Assembly: GCA_044344385.1 (NCBI GenBank)
Contig: JBIJCY010000001.1
Coordinates: 1-55,371, forward strand
Direction: 5' to 3'
Source: Rhodocyclaceae bacterium
GTDB lineage: Bacteria > Pseudomonadota > Gammaproteobacteria > Burkholderiales > Rhodocyclaceae
DNA length: 55,371 nt
Made by a program: the position numbers and the translations under genes. The notes under the pieces are model-generated. The model did not search any database, was not told where the DNA came from, and worked only from the letters and a program-made list of their open reading frames with translations. Numbering within the stretch: the stretch's first letter is position 1; each line of letters opens with the position of its first letter. Of the stretch, positions 1 through 8,597 are shown piece by piece.

Positions 1-1
1 C

Positions 2-130
2 AGTGCTGCGGCCATTGCCCGCTGTTTGAAAGAACTCAGTGAGACTGATTGGGCGCCGCGTTTGCAGCGCGCGCTCAGCCATGCGCAGAACTTTGATTTT
101 GCTGCTGCAGTAAAGGCGCTTTTGGCATAA
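2..130 (+). CDS. 3' end of a CDS entering from upstream (partial); function not assignable
   Basis: Frame 2 is open from the window edge to TAA at 128-130 (SAAAIARCLKELSETDWAPRLQRALSHAQNFDFAAAVKALLA*). It ends 26 nt upstream of a response-regulator gene, so a sensor kinase or Hpt tail is plausible but unproven. Confidence 0.3.
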   Translation, partial: SAAAIARCLKELSETDWAPRLQRALSHAQNFDFAAAVKALLA

Positions 131-156
131 ACTGGGCAAAACTCAGGGAGGTAAGC

Positions 157-1263
157 ATGGACCCGCGCAGATGCATTCTGCTGGTGGACGATGACCCCGT
201 GGTGCTCGAAGTGATCAACGAGTGCCTGCAGCCCTTTTATCAGACGCGGATCGCCATGCGCGGCGCGAAGGCGCTTGAGTTGGCGCGGCTGCGGCCGACG
301 CCCGATCTGATCCTGCTTGATGTCGATCTGCCCGACATGCAGGGCTATGACGTGTGCACCGAGCTGAAAAATGACCCGCTGACCGAGCCGATCCCGGTGA
401 TCTTCCTGTCTAGCCATTCCGATGTGAGCGACATTACCCGTGGTCTTGAGCTCGGTGCGGTCGATTACGTGACCAAACCGGTGGCGCCGCCGATTCTTCT
501 GGCGCGCGTGCAAACACACCTGCGCCTGCGCGAAACGCGTGATCTGTTGCAGGATCAGAACGCCCATCTTGAACATCTCGTCAGCAAGCGGACGCAAGAC
601 CTGCAGGCAAAAACCACCGAGTTGCAAAACAGTCAGGATTTGACGATTCTGGCGCTTGGTTCGATCGCTGAAACGCGCGACAACGAAACCGGTAATCATA
701 TTCATCGCACGCGTGCTTACGTCGAGGTGCTCGCCGGTTTACTTGGCAACACGACGAAATTCCGCAGCAGCGCAAAGATGAAAGAGTGGGAGATGATCTG
801 GAAGTTCGCGCCGCTGCACGACATTGGCAAGGTCGGCATACCCGACTCGATCCTGCTCAAGCCGGGTCCGCTGACGGCTGAAGAGTTTGACGTGATGAAG
901 CGCCATACGGTGCTGGGCAGAGATGCGCTGCGTTCGGCGGAAGATCGAGTCAATACGGACGGTGCGTTTTTCCATATCGCCATGGAAATCGCCTACTCGC
1001 ACCATGAACGCTGGAACGGCAAAGGCTATCCGGAAGGGCTGGCCGGCGAGCGAATTCCGCTTGCTGCACGCCTGATGGCGGTGGCCGACGTTTATGACGC
1101 CTTGATCAGCAAGCGAGTGTACAAGGATGCGATGCCGCACCAGACGGCGGTTGATATTATCTGCGGTGAGCGCGGCCAGCACTTCGATCCGATGGTCGTC
1201 GATTGCTTTATCGAAGCCGCCGACGAGTTCCTGATCATCGCAAGGAAATTCAGTGATGTTTGA
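157..1263 (+). CDS. Response regulator, receiver + HD-GYP domain (RpfG-type c-di-GMP phosphodiesterase)
   Basis: 368-aa ORF with a GGGAGG RBS just upstream. Receiver motifs are LLVDDDP, LILLDVDLPDMQGY, FLSS and TKP. The HD-GYP signature is HDIGKVGIP ... HHERWNGKGYPEGL. Confidence 0.9.
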   Translation: MDPRRCILLVDDDPVVLEVINECLQPFYQTRIAMRGAKALELARLRPTPDLILLDVDLPDMQGYDVCTELKNDPLTEPIPVIFLSSHSDVSDITRGLELGAVDYVTKPVAPPILLARVQTHLRLRETRDLLQDQNAHLEHLVSKRTQDLQAKTTELQNSQDLTILALGSIAETRDNETGNHIHRTRAYVEVLAGLLGNTTKFRSSAKMKEWEMIWKFAPLHDIGKVGIPDSILLKPGPLTAEEFDVMKRHTVLGRDALRSAEDRVNTDGAFFHIAMEIAYSHHERWNGKGYPEGLAGERIPLAARLMAVADVYDALISKRVYKDAMPHQTAVDIICGERGQHFDPMVVDCFIEAADEFLIIARKFSDV

Positions 1264-1319
1264 GGTCGTGTTGGCAAGGGGTGCGCCTGACAGCGAGTTT
1301 CCTTTGCCAAGCGTTGATT

Positions 1320-1557
1320 AATATCGAAACGGTTGCAATGCGGAATCTCCTCCCCTTCAAGGGGAGGGCCAGGGTGGGGATGGGGCGCGTGCCGCGTTCG
1401 ATCGATAGTTAATTGAATTCATTGGCGTCTTGTATTTTACCCATCCCCCTCCCAACCTCCCCCTTGAAGGGGGAGGGGCGATGTGCGCATACGGTAGCCT
1501 TGACGGGGAGGGGATTCGACATGGGGTTCAATATCGAAACGAGGTTGAAATGAGCGG
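1320..1557. repeat. Insertion-like intergenic repeat: imperfect ~25-nt direct repeats bracketing three copies of a G/C-rich palindromic unit
   Basis: AATATCGAAAC occurs at 1320-1330 and 1530-1540, and the similarity continues (cggttgcaatgcgg vs cgaggttgaaatgagcgg). Between the copies lie unit 1343-1385 (gaatctcctccccttcaaggggagggccagggtggggatgggg), its inverted copy at 1440-1478 and a partial inverted copy at 1498-1517. Confidence 0.6.
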
Positions 1558-2677
1558 TCCTTTCAAGGTATTTGTCGTCGACGACGATCCGATCGTGCTT
1601 GATATCATGTGCTCGATTCTGGAGGCTGATTGCGCGGTGACAACCTTCGCCAGTGCTGAGGCGTGTCAGGCGCATCTGGCGTCGGACAAGCCCGACATGT
1701 TCCTGCTCGACGTCGGCCTGCCCGGCATGGATGGTTATGCCTTTTGCCGGCAACTCAAGGATGACGCGGCTTTCAGCCGCATTCCGGTGACTTTCGTTTC
1801 AAGCCACGACACGATCGATGCGCGCGTGCTCGGCTATGACGCCGGTGGTGAGGATTTTATCGTCAAGCCCTTCGAGCCGGCCGAGGTACTGCGCAAGCTC
1901 AAGGTGGCGCAGCATATTGTGCGGAGCCAGTCTTCGCTGCGCGAAGAGCTTGAAGCCGCCGAGTATCTTGCCTCACTGGTGATGGCCAGTGCGGACGAAA
2001 CCGGTATTCTGGTTCAGTTCATGAGCAAGCTGATCGCCTGGGAAAATACGCAGGAGATCGCCAGTGGGCTGCTCGAATTGTTGCAACGCTACCGGCTTGA
2101 CGGGGTGGTGCAGACGCGCATGGCGCAAAACATTTATACCTTGAGCGCGGCTGGCGTCAACCTGCCGCTCGAGGTTTCGGTGATCGAGCACGTGCGTACC
2201 CAGGGCCGTATCTTCGAGTTCCGCAAACGCAGTGTGCATAATTTCGAACGCATTACGCTGATGATCAATAACCTGCCGCTCGATGATCCGGAATACTGCG
2301 GCCGGCTTCGGGATCATCTTTCGGTTGCCGCGCAAGGCGTTGATTCACGCCTTAAGGCGATTGAAACCGACGAGGCCAACCGGCGTAGTCAGGCCGGGAT
2401 TCTGCTGGCGCTGGAGAGCGTTTCAGAGACCATCATGTCCCTGCACGAGGCGCATCAACGCGATAGTGCAGAGAGTGCGGCGCTGATGATGGAGTTGCAG
2501 GAAACGCTGGTGAATTCGTTCTTCCGGCTGGGTTTGACCGAAGGCCAGGAGACCTTTTTGCAGGATATGGTCGGCAACTTCATGAAGCGCATGGCCGCGC
2601 TGCTCGAACGCGGCGCGGAAACGCAGTCCGCCATGCAAAGCCTGAACGACAGGCTGGCGAAGTTGCGTAACCAGTAG
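1550..2677 (+). CDS. Response regulator: CheY-like receiver fused to an uncharacterised ~250-aa C-terminal domain
   Basis: Start chosen at ATG 1550 (MSGPFKVFVVDDDP), with a GAGG RBS upstream. The ORF-track start at 1430 reads through the repeat element. Receiver motifs are VVDDDP, LLDVGLPGMDG, FVSS and VKP. I recognise no output domain in the C-terminal part. Confidence 0.8.
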   Translation: MSGPFKVFVVDDDPIVLDIMCSILEADCAVTTFASAEACQAHLASDKPDMFLLDVGLPGMDGYAFCRQLKDDAAFSRIPVTFVSSHDTIDARVLGYDAGGEDFIVKPFEPAEVLRKLKVAQHIVRSQSSLREELEAAEYLASLVMASADETGILVQFMSKLIAWENTQEIASGLLELLQRYRLDGVVQTRMAQNIYTLSAAGVNLPLEVSVIEHVRTQGRIFEFRKRSVHNFERITLMINNLPLDDPEYCGRLRDHLSVAAQGVDSRLKAIETDEANRRSQAGILLALESVSETIMSLHEAHQRDSAESAALMMELQETLVNSFFRLGLTEGQETFLQDMVGNFMKRMAALLERGAETQSAMQSLNDRLAKLRNQ

Positions 2678-2734
2678 GCCGGGCCGGTGGTGCAGGGTGC
2701 AACAAATGCCCTCGCGTTATTCAGCCGAAGCAAC

Positions 2735-3292
2735 TCATTCCTGGCGATTTTTGCCGTGGACCCACTGCACGTCGCCGCGTCCGCCTGCCTTGTTAAGCGC
2801 ACGACCAAGAACAAAGAGCAGGTCGGAAAGACGGTTCAGGTATTTGCGGGCAAAGACCGAGACTTCCTCGCTGTTTGACAGATGCACCACGCGCCGCTCG
2901 GCGCGCCGGCAGATGGTGCGGGCGAGGTGCGCGAAGGCCGCAGCACGCGTGCCGCCGGGTAGGATGAACTCCTTTAGCGGCGTCAGCGCTTCGTTGAATT
3001 CTTCGACAAAATCTTCAAGCCGTTCAATGTGGGCTTCGCCGAGCATGACCATGGTCGGGATGCACAGTTCGCCACCGAGGTCGAAGAGGTCGTGCTGCAC
3101 GCCGATCAGCGCTTCACGGATGCCGTCAGGCATTTCTTCGGTCAGTAGGATGCCGAGTGCCGAGTTGAGTTCGTCGACCTCCCCCATCGCGTCGATACGC
3201 AGGCTATCCTTGCCAACGCGCGAGCCGTCGCCAAGCCCGGTGGTGCCGGCGTCACCGGTACGCGTGACAATTTTTGAAAGACGGTTGCCCAT
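2735..3292 (-). CDS. PduO-type ATP:cob(I)alamin adenosyltransferase
   Basis: Start at the internal Met (MGNRLSKIVTRTGDAGTTGLGDGSRVGKDSLRIDAMGEVDELNSALG), the typical N-terminus of the PduO/MMAB family. Length is 185 aa. Confidence 0.85.
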   Translation of the reverse strand: MGNRLSKIVTRTGDAGTTGLGDGSRVGKDSLRIDAMGEVDELNSALGILLTEEMPDGIREALIGVQHDLFDLGGELCIPTMVMLGEAHIERLEDFVEEFNEALTPLKEFILPGGTRAAAFAHLARTICRRAERRVVHLSNSEEVSVFARKYLNRLSDLLFVLGRALNKAGGRGDVQWVHGKNRQE

Positions 3293-3334
3293 GTGCGGTT
3301 TCCTGATCAGAATTGTTGGGGTTGCTATAAAAGC

Positions 3335-3486
3335 TTCACCGCAAAGGCGCAAAGGCGCGAAGATCGCAAAGAAACAGATGGCCAGAAACTTACGTTAGAG
3401 CAAAGCGCATGTCTCAAGATGTTGCTGTTCTTTGCTGTTCTTTGCTGTTCTTTGCGGTACTTGGCGTTCTTAGCGCCTTTGCGGTG
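3335..3486. repeat. Long imperfect inverted repeat built from tandem 8-10-mers, including a 3.4-copy tandem 10-mer
   Basis: TCACCGCAAAGGCGC at 3335-3349 is the exact reverse complement of 3472-3486. The left arm continues as (G/C)CGCAAAG-like 8-mers to about 3376. The right arm contains TTGCTGTTCT x3.4 at 3421-3454. It lies in the divergent region between the adenosyltransferase gene and hyi. Confidence 0.7.
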
Positions 3487-3526
3487 AGTGTTTTTGCTTG
3501 TCAGAATTATATCGGAAGGAGTATCG

Positions 3527-4312
3527 ATGCCTCGTTTTTGCGCCAATCTTGGTTTCTTGTTCACCGAAGTTGATTTCGCGCAACGCTTCGAACGTGCCGC
3601 GCGCGCCGGGTTCCGTGGTGTTGAATATATGTCGCCTTACGAGTACCCGGTCGCTACGTTACAATCACTTCTTGCTGCGTCTGGGGTGACCCAGGTGTTG
3701 TTCAACTTGCCGGCGGGTGACTGGGCGGCGGGCGAGCGCGGCATTGCCTGCCTGCCCGGACGCGAGGCAGAGTTTCGTGCGGGGGTGGCACAGGCTGTCG
3801 ACTACGCAAATGCGCTCGGCTGCAAGCAGCTCAACTGTCTTGCCGGGCTGGCACCAACCGGTGTGCCCGAGGCGCAGATTCGCCAGACGTTCGCCGCCAA
3901 TCTGCGCTATGCAGCAAGGACGCTGGCGGAGCACGATATTCGTCTGCTCATCGAGTCGATCAACAGCCGGGTCGATATGCCCGGTTTCTGGCTCGATTCG
4001 CCGGCAAAGGCCCTGGCACTGATGGCTGAACTGGCCGAGCCGAATCTTTGGCTGCAGTATGATATTTATCATGCGCAGATCATGGAAGGCGATCTGGCGC
4101 GAACCATTCAGAGCAATCTGGCGCGTATCGCGCATTTTCAGCTGGCTGATAATCCGGGCCGGCATGAGCCGGGGACGGGCGAGATCAATTACCCGTTTAT
4201 TTTCGATCTGCTTGATCGCTCCGGATATGCTGGCTGGATCGGTTGCGAGTATGTGCCGCTGGCGGGTAGCGAAGCGGGATTGGGTTGGGCAAAGGCTTAT
4301 CTGACCGCGTAG
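3527..4312 (+). CDS. hyi: Hydroxypyruvate isomerase
   Basis: Start at ATG 3527 with a GGAAGGA RBS. Colinear similarity to E. coli Hyi as I remember it (NLPAGDWAAGERGIACLPGRE, QYDIYHAQIMEGDL, GTGEINYPFIF, GWIGCEY). Confidence 0.93.
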   Translation: MPRFCANLGFLFTEVDFAQRFERAARAGFRGVEYMSPYEYPVATLQSLLAASGVTQVLFNLPAGDWAAGERGIACLPGREAEFRAGVAQAVDYANALGCKQLNCLAGLAPTGVPEAQIRQTFAANLRYAARTLAEHDIRLLIESINSRVDMPGFWLDSPAKALALMAELAEPNLWLQYDIYHAQIMEGDLARTIQSNLARIAHFQLADNPGRHEPGTGEINYPFIFDLLDRSGYAGWIGCEYVPLAGSEAGLGWAKAYLTA

Positions 4313-4326
4313 GAGTGGTCAGCGTG

Positions 4327-4833
4327 CTACCAGAATTTCCACCAGCCCGGCTTCTTGCCCATCGCTTGCGACGTTTCCTGATTCCAGTTCGAGTAACGAT
4401 CGAGCCCTGACTTTTCGAAGTGTGCGCTGAAGTGCCGGTCGCAGCGTTCGATGTGTTCGGTCAGCCAGTTCTTCAGAAAATAGAGCAGCTCCACATTGAT
4501 TGCTGTGCTGCCACTGTCGAGTTGTTCAAGCAGTCCGCGCATCTCGTCCATCAAGGTTTCGTGCTGGTACTTGTGCGTTTCAAATCCGCTGTAATGCGTC
4601 AGGCGCATCAGGCTTTCTTCGAGCAGGAAGTGAGTGCGCGTACTCTCGACGAGTTGGTTGAGAATCTCGCGCGCCGTGTCCTCGCCTTGTTTTTCGCTGA
4701 CGACAAGGTGCAACTGGTTAATCAGTTTCACTAGCCCTTTGTGCTGTTCATCAACCTCCTGAATGCAGACGCTGAGGTCGTCAGTCCACAGGAAAAGTGC
4801 GTTGGCGTTCAATAGTTGCTTCTCCTTGCGCAA
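4327..4833 (-). CDS. Hemerythrin-like metal-binding protein (bacteriohemerythrin)
   Basis: 168 aa. W-D..L.V.I..VDEQHK.L...IN.LH at the N-terminus, and later H....E...M and FLKNWLTEHI...DRHF, the usual hemerythrin His/Glu/Asp ligand pattern. Confidence 0.8.
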   Translation of the reverse strand: MRKEKQLLNANALFLWTDDLSVCIQEVDEQHKGLVKLINQLHLVVSEKQGEDTAREILNQLVESTRTHFLLEESLMRLTHYSGFETHKYQHETLMDEMRGLLEQLDSGSTAINVELLYFLKNWLTEHIERCDRHFSAHFEKSGLDRYSNWNQETSQAMGKKPGWWKFW

Positions 4834-4927
4834 GTTTTCGGTTCACCGTCTGTACAAGACGTTTGCGTCCTGTAATCTGTGATTGTGTGAAGTGCTTGAT
4901 ATATTACTTTAGTCTTAGGTCCAGCAA

Positions 4928-6193
4928 ATGCGAAATAGTTCTCAAAATCAATTTCTCCGGCGTTTGTTCGCTGCGGCAACTGCCGCTGCCGATCCGGCAC
5001 TTTGCCTGCCGCAGCATCTGCCTGCCGAGCGTGGCGGTCGCTTGATTGTGCTGGGTGCCGGCAAGGCCTCGGCGGCGATGGCCAGTGCACTCGAAGCGCA
5101 CTGGCCTGGGCCGCTGGAGGGGCTGGTCGTTACGCGCTACGGGTTTGGCGCGCCGTGTTCGCGTATCGAGATTGTCGAGGCGGCGCATCCGGTGCCCGAT
5201 GCAGCCGGGCAGGCCGCCGCAGCGCGTATTCTCGAACGGGTGCGTGGGCTTGGCCCGGATGATCATGTGCTCGCCCTGATCTCCGGTGGCGGTTCGGCTC
5301 TCCTTGTCGCACCAGCCGAGGGTGTGGTGCTGGAAGATAAACGGGCGCTCACCTCAGCACTGTTGAAAAGCGGCGCCAGCATTCATGAAATGAACTGTGT
5401 TCGCAAGCATCTTTCGGCGATCAAGGGCGGTCGGCTGGCGGCGGCGGCATGGCCGGCATCGGTACTGACGCTGGCGATTTCGGATGTGGCGGGTGACGAC
5501 CCTGAGGTGATCGCCTCAGGGCCGACGGTAGGCGATCCGACCACCTGCGCCGATGCGCTGGCAGTGCTTGATCGCTATGCCATTGCGATTCCGCCGGCGC
5601 TGCGCAGGCGGCTGGAAAACGGTGAGTTGGAAACACCAAAACCAGGCGATGCGCGATTGGCGAAAGCCGAGTTCCGCATCATTGCCAGTCCTTCGCTGGC
5701 ACTGCAAGCCGCTGCCGAAGCAGCTCGCGCCGCTGGCGTGACGCCGCTCATTCTTGGCGATGAGATCGAGGGGGAGGCGCGTGAAGTGGCGCGTGTGCTG
5801 GCCGGTATTGCCAAGAGTTGTGCGCGGCATGGCGTGCCAGTGGCACCTCCTTGTGTGCTGCTGTCCGGCGGCGAGGCGACGGTGACGATTCGCGGCCAAG
5901 GGCGAGGCGGGCGTAACAGTGAGCTGATGCTGGCGCTGGCCATTGCCTTGCAGGGGCAGTCGCGCATTTGTGCGCTGGCCGGCGATACCGACGGCATAGA
6001 CGGTTCGGAGGATAATGCCGGGGCATTGATCACGCCGGATACACTGGTGCGAGCCCGCGTGCAGGGCCTTGATGCGCAGGCGGCGCTCGACAATAACGAT
6101 GCCTACAGTTTTTTTGCGGCACTAGGTGATTTGCTGGTGACCGGCCCGACGCTGACCAACGTCAATGATTTTCATGCGATTCTTGTCGAGTGA
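4928..6193 (+). CDS. MOFRL-family glycerate 2-kinase / putative hydroxypyruvate reductase (TtuD/GckA type)
   Basis: 421 aa. Motifs LIVLGAGKASAAMA, LISGGGSALL, LLSGGEATVTIRGQGRGGRNSE, GDTDGIDGSEDNAG and TGPTLTNVNDF match the family as I know it. Confidence 0.85.
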   Translation: MRNSSQNQFLRRLFAAATAAADPALCLPQHLPAERGGRLIVLGAGKASAAMASALEAHWPGPLEGLVVTRYGFGAPCSRIEIVEAAHPVPDAAGQAAAARILERVRGLGPDDHVLALISGGGSALLVAPAEGVVLEDKRALTSALLKSGASIHEMNCVRKHLSAIKGGRLAAAAWPASVLTLAISDVAGDDPEVIASGPTVGDPTTCADALAVLDRYAIAIPPALRRRLENGELETPKPGDARLAKAEFRIIASPSLALQAAAEAARAAGVTPLILGDEIEGEAREVARVLAGIAKSCARHGVPVAPPCVLLSGGEATVTIRGQGRGGRNSELMLALAIALQGQSRICALAGDTDGIDGSEDNAGALITPDTLVRARVQGLDAQAALDNNDAYSFFAALGDLLVTGPTLTNVNDFHAILVE

Positions 6194-6274
6194 GTGCTTG
6201 AGTGTGACTTGTCCGTGCGCAGATTAAAACGCAAGGTTTGCGTCAATCGCTCTTTGTAGTATGCTCTGTAAAAG

Positions 6275-6285
6275 TTGTCGGACAA
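6275..6285. promoter_or_regulatory. Candidate GntR/FadR-type operator palindrome TTGTC-G-GACAA
   Basis: Perfect 5+1+5 palindrome containing the GT-N3-AC core typical of FadR-subfamily operators. It lies at or just upstream of the GntR regulator start. Confidence 0.35.
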
Positions 6286-7048
6286 CCTGACCATCATGGG
6301 TATTAACGAGCTTAGAAAAATCACCCGCGCGCCACGCCTGAGCGAAGAGGTTGCGCTTGCCCTCGAAGGCAGGATTACGCGTGGCGAGTTTTCGCCGGGC
6401 GATCAGTTGCCGACCGAGAAGGTGCTGGCCGAAACCTTTGGCGTCAGTCGTGCAGTTGTCCGCGAAGCAGTGGCGCGCCTGCGCGCCGATGGCCGGATTG
6501 AAACGCGGCAGGGTTCGGGCGCCTTTGTTGCACTGGCGCCGAAGAGCCTCAATTTCCGTTTTTGGCAGGGTGAAGGCCCGGCACTGGTTGAGCTTCGCGA
6601 CATTTTTGAACTGCGTGCCATGATCGAAGCTTCGGTTGCTGAACTTGCTGCGCGCCGGCGGATTCCGGAAGACGTGGCGGTAATGTCACGCCATCTGCAG
6701 GCGATGGACGATGCCTTGGCCGATGGCACGGACGGCTCCGAAGCCGATGACAATTTTCATCTGGCCATCGCCTCCGCAACGCACAATACTTATGCTTATC
6801 GCCTGGTCGAGTTTCTTGGCAGACATTTTTCGGATTCGCGCCGTCTGGCGTGGGCGGGGCCGGGGCGTGACGGTGCATTGCCTGAGGAAGCACAAATCGA
6901 GCACCGTTCGATGTTCGAGGCGATTGCCGCCGGCAGCCCGGCGCGCGCGCGACGTTATGCGCAGGACCATTTGCGCGGCGCAGCTTCGCGCGTAGGCATT
7001 GATCTGGCCAGCGATCTGGGCTTCGATCTGCCGGGTGAGTCAAAGTAG
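6275..7048 (+). CDS. GntR-family transcriptional regulator, FadR/FCD subfamily (GlcC/LldR/PdhR-like)
   Basis: N-terminal winged HTH (LPTEKVLAETFGVSRAVVREAVARLRADGRIETRQGSGAFV) plus an FCD-like helical C-terminus. The start is ambiguous: TTG 6275 in the ORF track, or ATG 6296 (MGINELRK). Confidence 0.85.
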   Translation: MSDNLTIMGINELRKITRAPRLSEEVALALEGRITRGEFSPGDQLPTEKVLAETFGVSRAVVREAVARLRADGRIETRQGSGAFVALAPKSLNFRFWQGEGPALVELRDIFELRAMIEASVAELAARRRIPEDVAVMSRHLQAMDDALADGTDGSEADDNFHLAIASATHNTYAYRLVEFLGRHFSDSRRLAWAGPGRDGALPEEAQIEHRSMFEAIAAGSPARARRYAQDHLRGAASRVGIDLASDLGFDLPGESK

Positions 7049-7115
7049 TTTTTCGAAGTAAGTTTTTTCGCAAATGTTTTTCACGCCGATCAACTTCTGC
7101 TTTTGAGAGTGTCCC

Positions 7116-8597
7116 ATGAGCATTGACAGCAATTTTTCCGACCCTCGTTTTGCCGTGGATCGTCCGGTGCTCATCGCGCGCTTGCGCCAGGTATTGCCGC
7201 CACAGGCTTTGCTTATTGAGGAAGAGGAGTTGCGCCCTTACGAGTGCGACGGGCTGACGGCTTATCGTGAAATGCCGCTGCTGGTCGCACTGCCTGCTGA
7301 TGAGGCGCAGGCGCAGGCGGTGCTCAAGATTTGTTATGAGCTTAAAGTGCCCGTCGTGCCACGTGGCGCGGCAACAGGTTTGTCCGGCGGCGCCATGCCG
7401 CATCGCGATGGCGTGGTCGTATCGCTCGCCAAACTGAAGAAGATTGTCAAGGTCGATCCCGTATCGCGTACCGCCATCGTGCAACCCGGCGTACGCAATC
7501 TTTCGGTGTCTGACGCGGCTGCACCCTATAACCTCTATTACGCGCCCGATCCATCGTCACAGATCGCGTGCACGATCGGCGGCAATGTCGCTGAAAATGC
7601 GGGCGGCGTACATTGCCTTAAATACGGCCTGACCGTGCATAACGTGCTGCGCGTGCGTGGCCTTACGGCGCAGGGCGAGATCGTAGAGTTTGGCAATGCT
7701 GCACTTGATGCGCCGGGCTACGATCTGTTGGCGCTGATGAATGGTTCGGAAGGTTTGTTGGCGATGATTACCGAGGTGACGGTCAAGCTCACGCCAAAGC
7801 CGGAACTCGCTCAGGTGGTGCTCGCTTATTTTGACGACGTGACCAAAGCCGGCGACGCAGTGGCCAGTATCATTGCCGCAGGCATCATTCCGGCCGGGCT
7901 GGAAATGATGGACAAGAAGGCGACGCACGCGGTTGAACCCTATGTCAATGCCGGCTACAACATGGAGGCAGAGGCCGTTTTGCTATGCGAGTCCGACGGC
8001 ACGCCGGAAGAAGTCGCGGAAGAAATCGGGCGCATGAGCGCGGTGCTCGAGAAAAGCGGTGCTTTCGAGATTCGTGTTTCGCAAAATGAGGCCGAGCGCT
8101 ACAAATTCTGGGCCGGCCGCAAGGCGGCGTTTCCTGCAGTCGGACGCGTTACGCCGGACTATCTGTGCATGGACGGCACGATCCCCCGCAAGCGTCTGGC
8201 CGAGATGCTCAACGCCATCGCCGATCTATCGCAAAAATACGGGCTGCGCTGCGCCAACGTCTTTCATGCCGGCGACGGCAATCTGCACCCGCTGATCATG
8301 TACGACGCCAACCAGCCGGGCGAAGTGGAACGCGCCGCAGCTTTCGGTACCGAGATTCTTGAATTGTCGGTGGCATTTGGCGGGACGATTACCGGTGAGC
8401 ATGGCGTTGGTGTGGAAAAAGTCAATGTCATGGCGGTGCAGTTTTCCTTGTCAGAAATATCTGCCTTTCATCGTGTTAAGGCCGCGTTCGATGAGCGTGG
8501 CCTGCTTAATCCCGGCAAGGGAATCCCGACGCTCGCGCGCTGCCGCGAGTACACCCAGACCCGCGCCGGCGCGGCCATTTCTGCACCGAGGTTTTGA
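7116..8597 (+). CDS. glcD: Glycolate oxidase subunit GlcD (FAD-linked oxidase)
   Basis: 493 aa. Long near-identical blocks to E. coli GlcD as remembered (YECDGL.AYR, PRGA.TGLSGGA, VQPGVRNL, YYAPDPSSQIACTIGGNVAENAGGVHCLKYGLTVHN). Confidence 0.95.
   Translation: MSIDSNFSDPRFAVDRPVLIARLRQVLPPQALLIEEEELRPYECDGLTAYREMPLLVALPADEAQAQAVLKICYELKVPVVPRGAATGLSGGAMPHRDGVVVSLAKLKKIVKVDPVSRTAIVQPGVRNLSVSDAAAPYNLYYAPDPSSQIACTIGGNVAENAGGVHCLKYGLTVHNVLRVRGLTAQGEIVEFGNAALDAPGYDLLALMNGSEGLLAMITEVTVKLTPKPELAQVVLAYFDDVTKAGDAVASIIAAGIIPAGLEMMDKKATHAVEPYVNAGYNMEAEAVLLCESDGTPEEVAEEIGRMSAVLEKSGAFEIRVSQNEAERYKFWAGRKAAFPAVGRVTPDYLCMDGTIPRKRLAEMLNAIADLSQKYGLRCANVFHAGDGNLHPLIMYDANQPGEVERAAAFGTEILELSVAFGGTITGEHGVGVEKVNVMAVQFSLSEISAFHRVKAAFDERGLLNPGKGIPTLARCREYTQTRAGAAISAPRF

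Noticed and set aside
1430-1549. N-terminal 40 residues of the ORF-track version of the second response regulator (MYFTHPPPNLPLEGGG...)
   Set aside because: These residues are a translation of the palindromic repeat units. A proper RBS and ATG lie at 1550, directly before the receiver domain.
3421-3454. TTGCTGTTCT x3.4 tandem repeat considered as a CRISPR-like or coding repeat
   Set aside because: The repeat has no spacers and a 10-nt period, and it forms one arm of the larger inverted repeat. It is better explained as slippage within that element.
3293-3526. Cobalamin riboswitch upstream of the adenosyltransferase gene
   Set aside because: I could not find a B12-box-like sequence on the minus strand. 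The region is dominated by the 8-mer-array inverted repeat.
6549-7484. 311-aa ORF on the minus strand spanning the GntR/glcD junction
   Set aside because: It is antisense to two well-supported genes and crosses their intergenic spacer. Its composition is Arg/Pro/His-rich.
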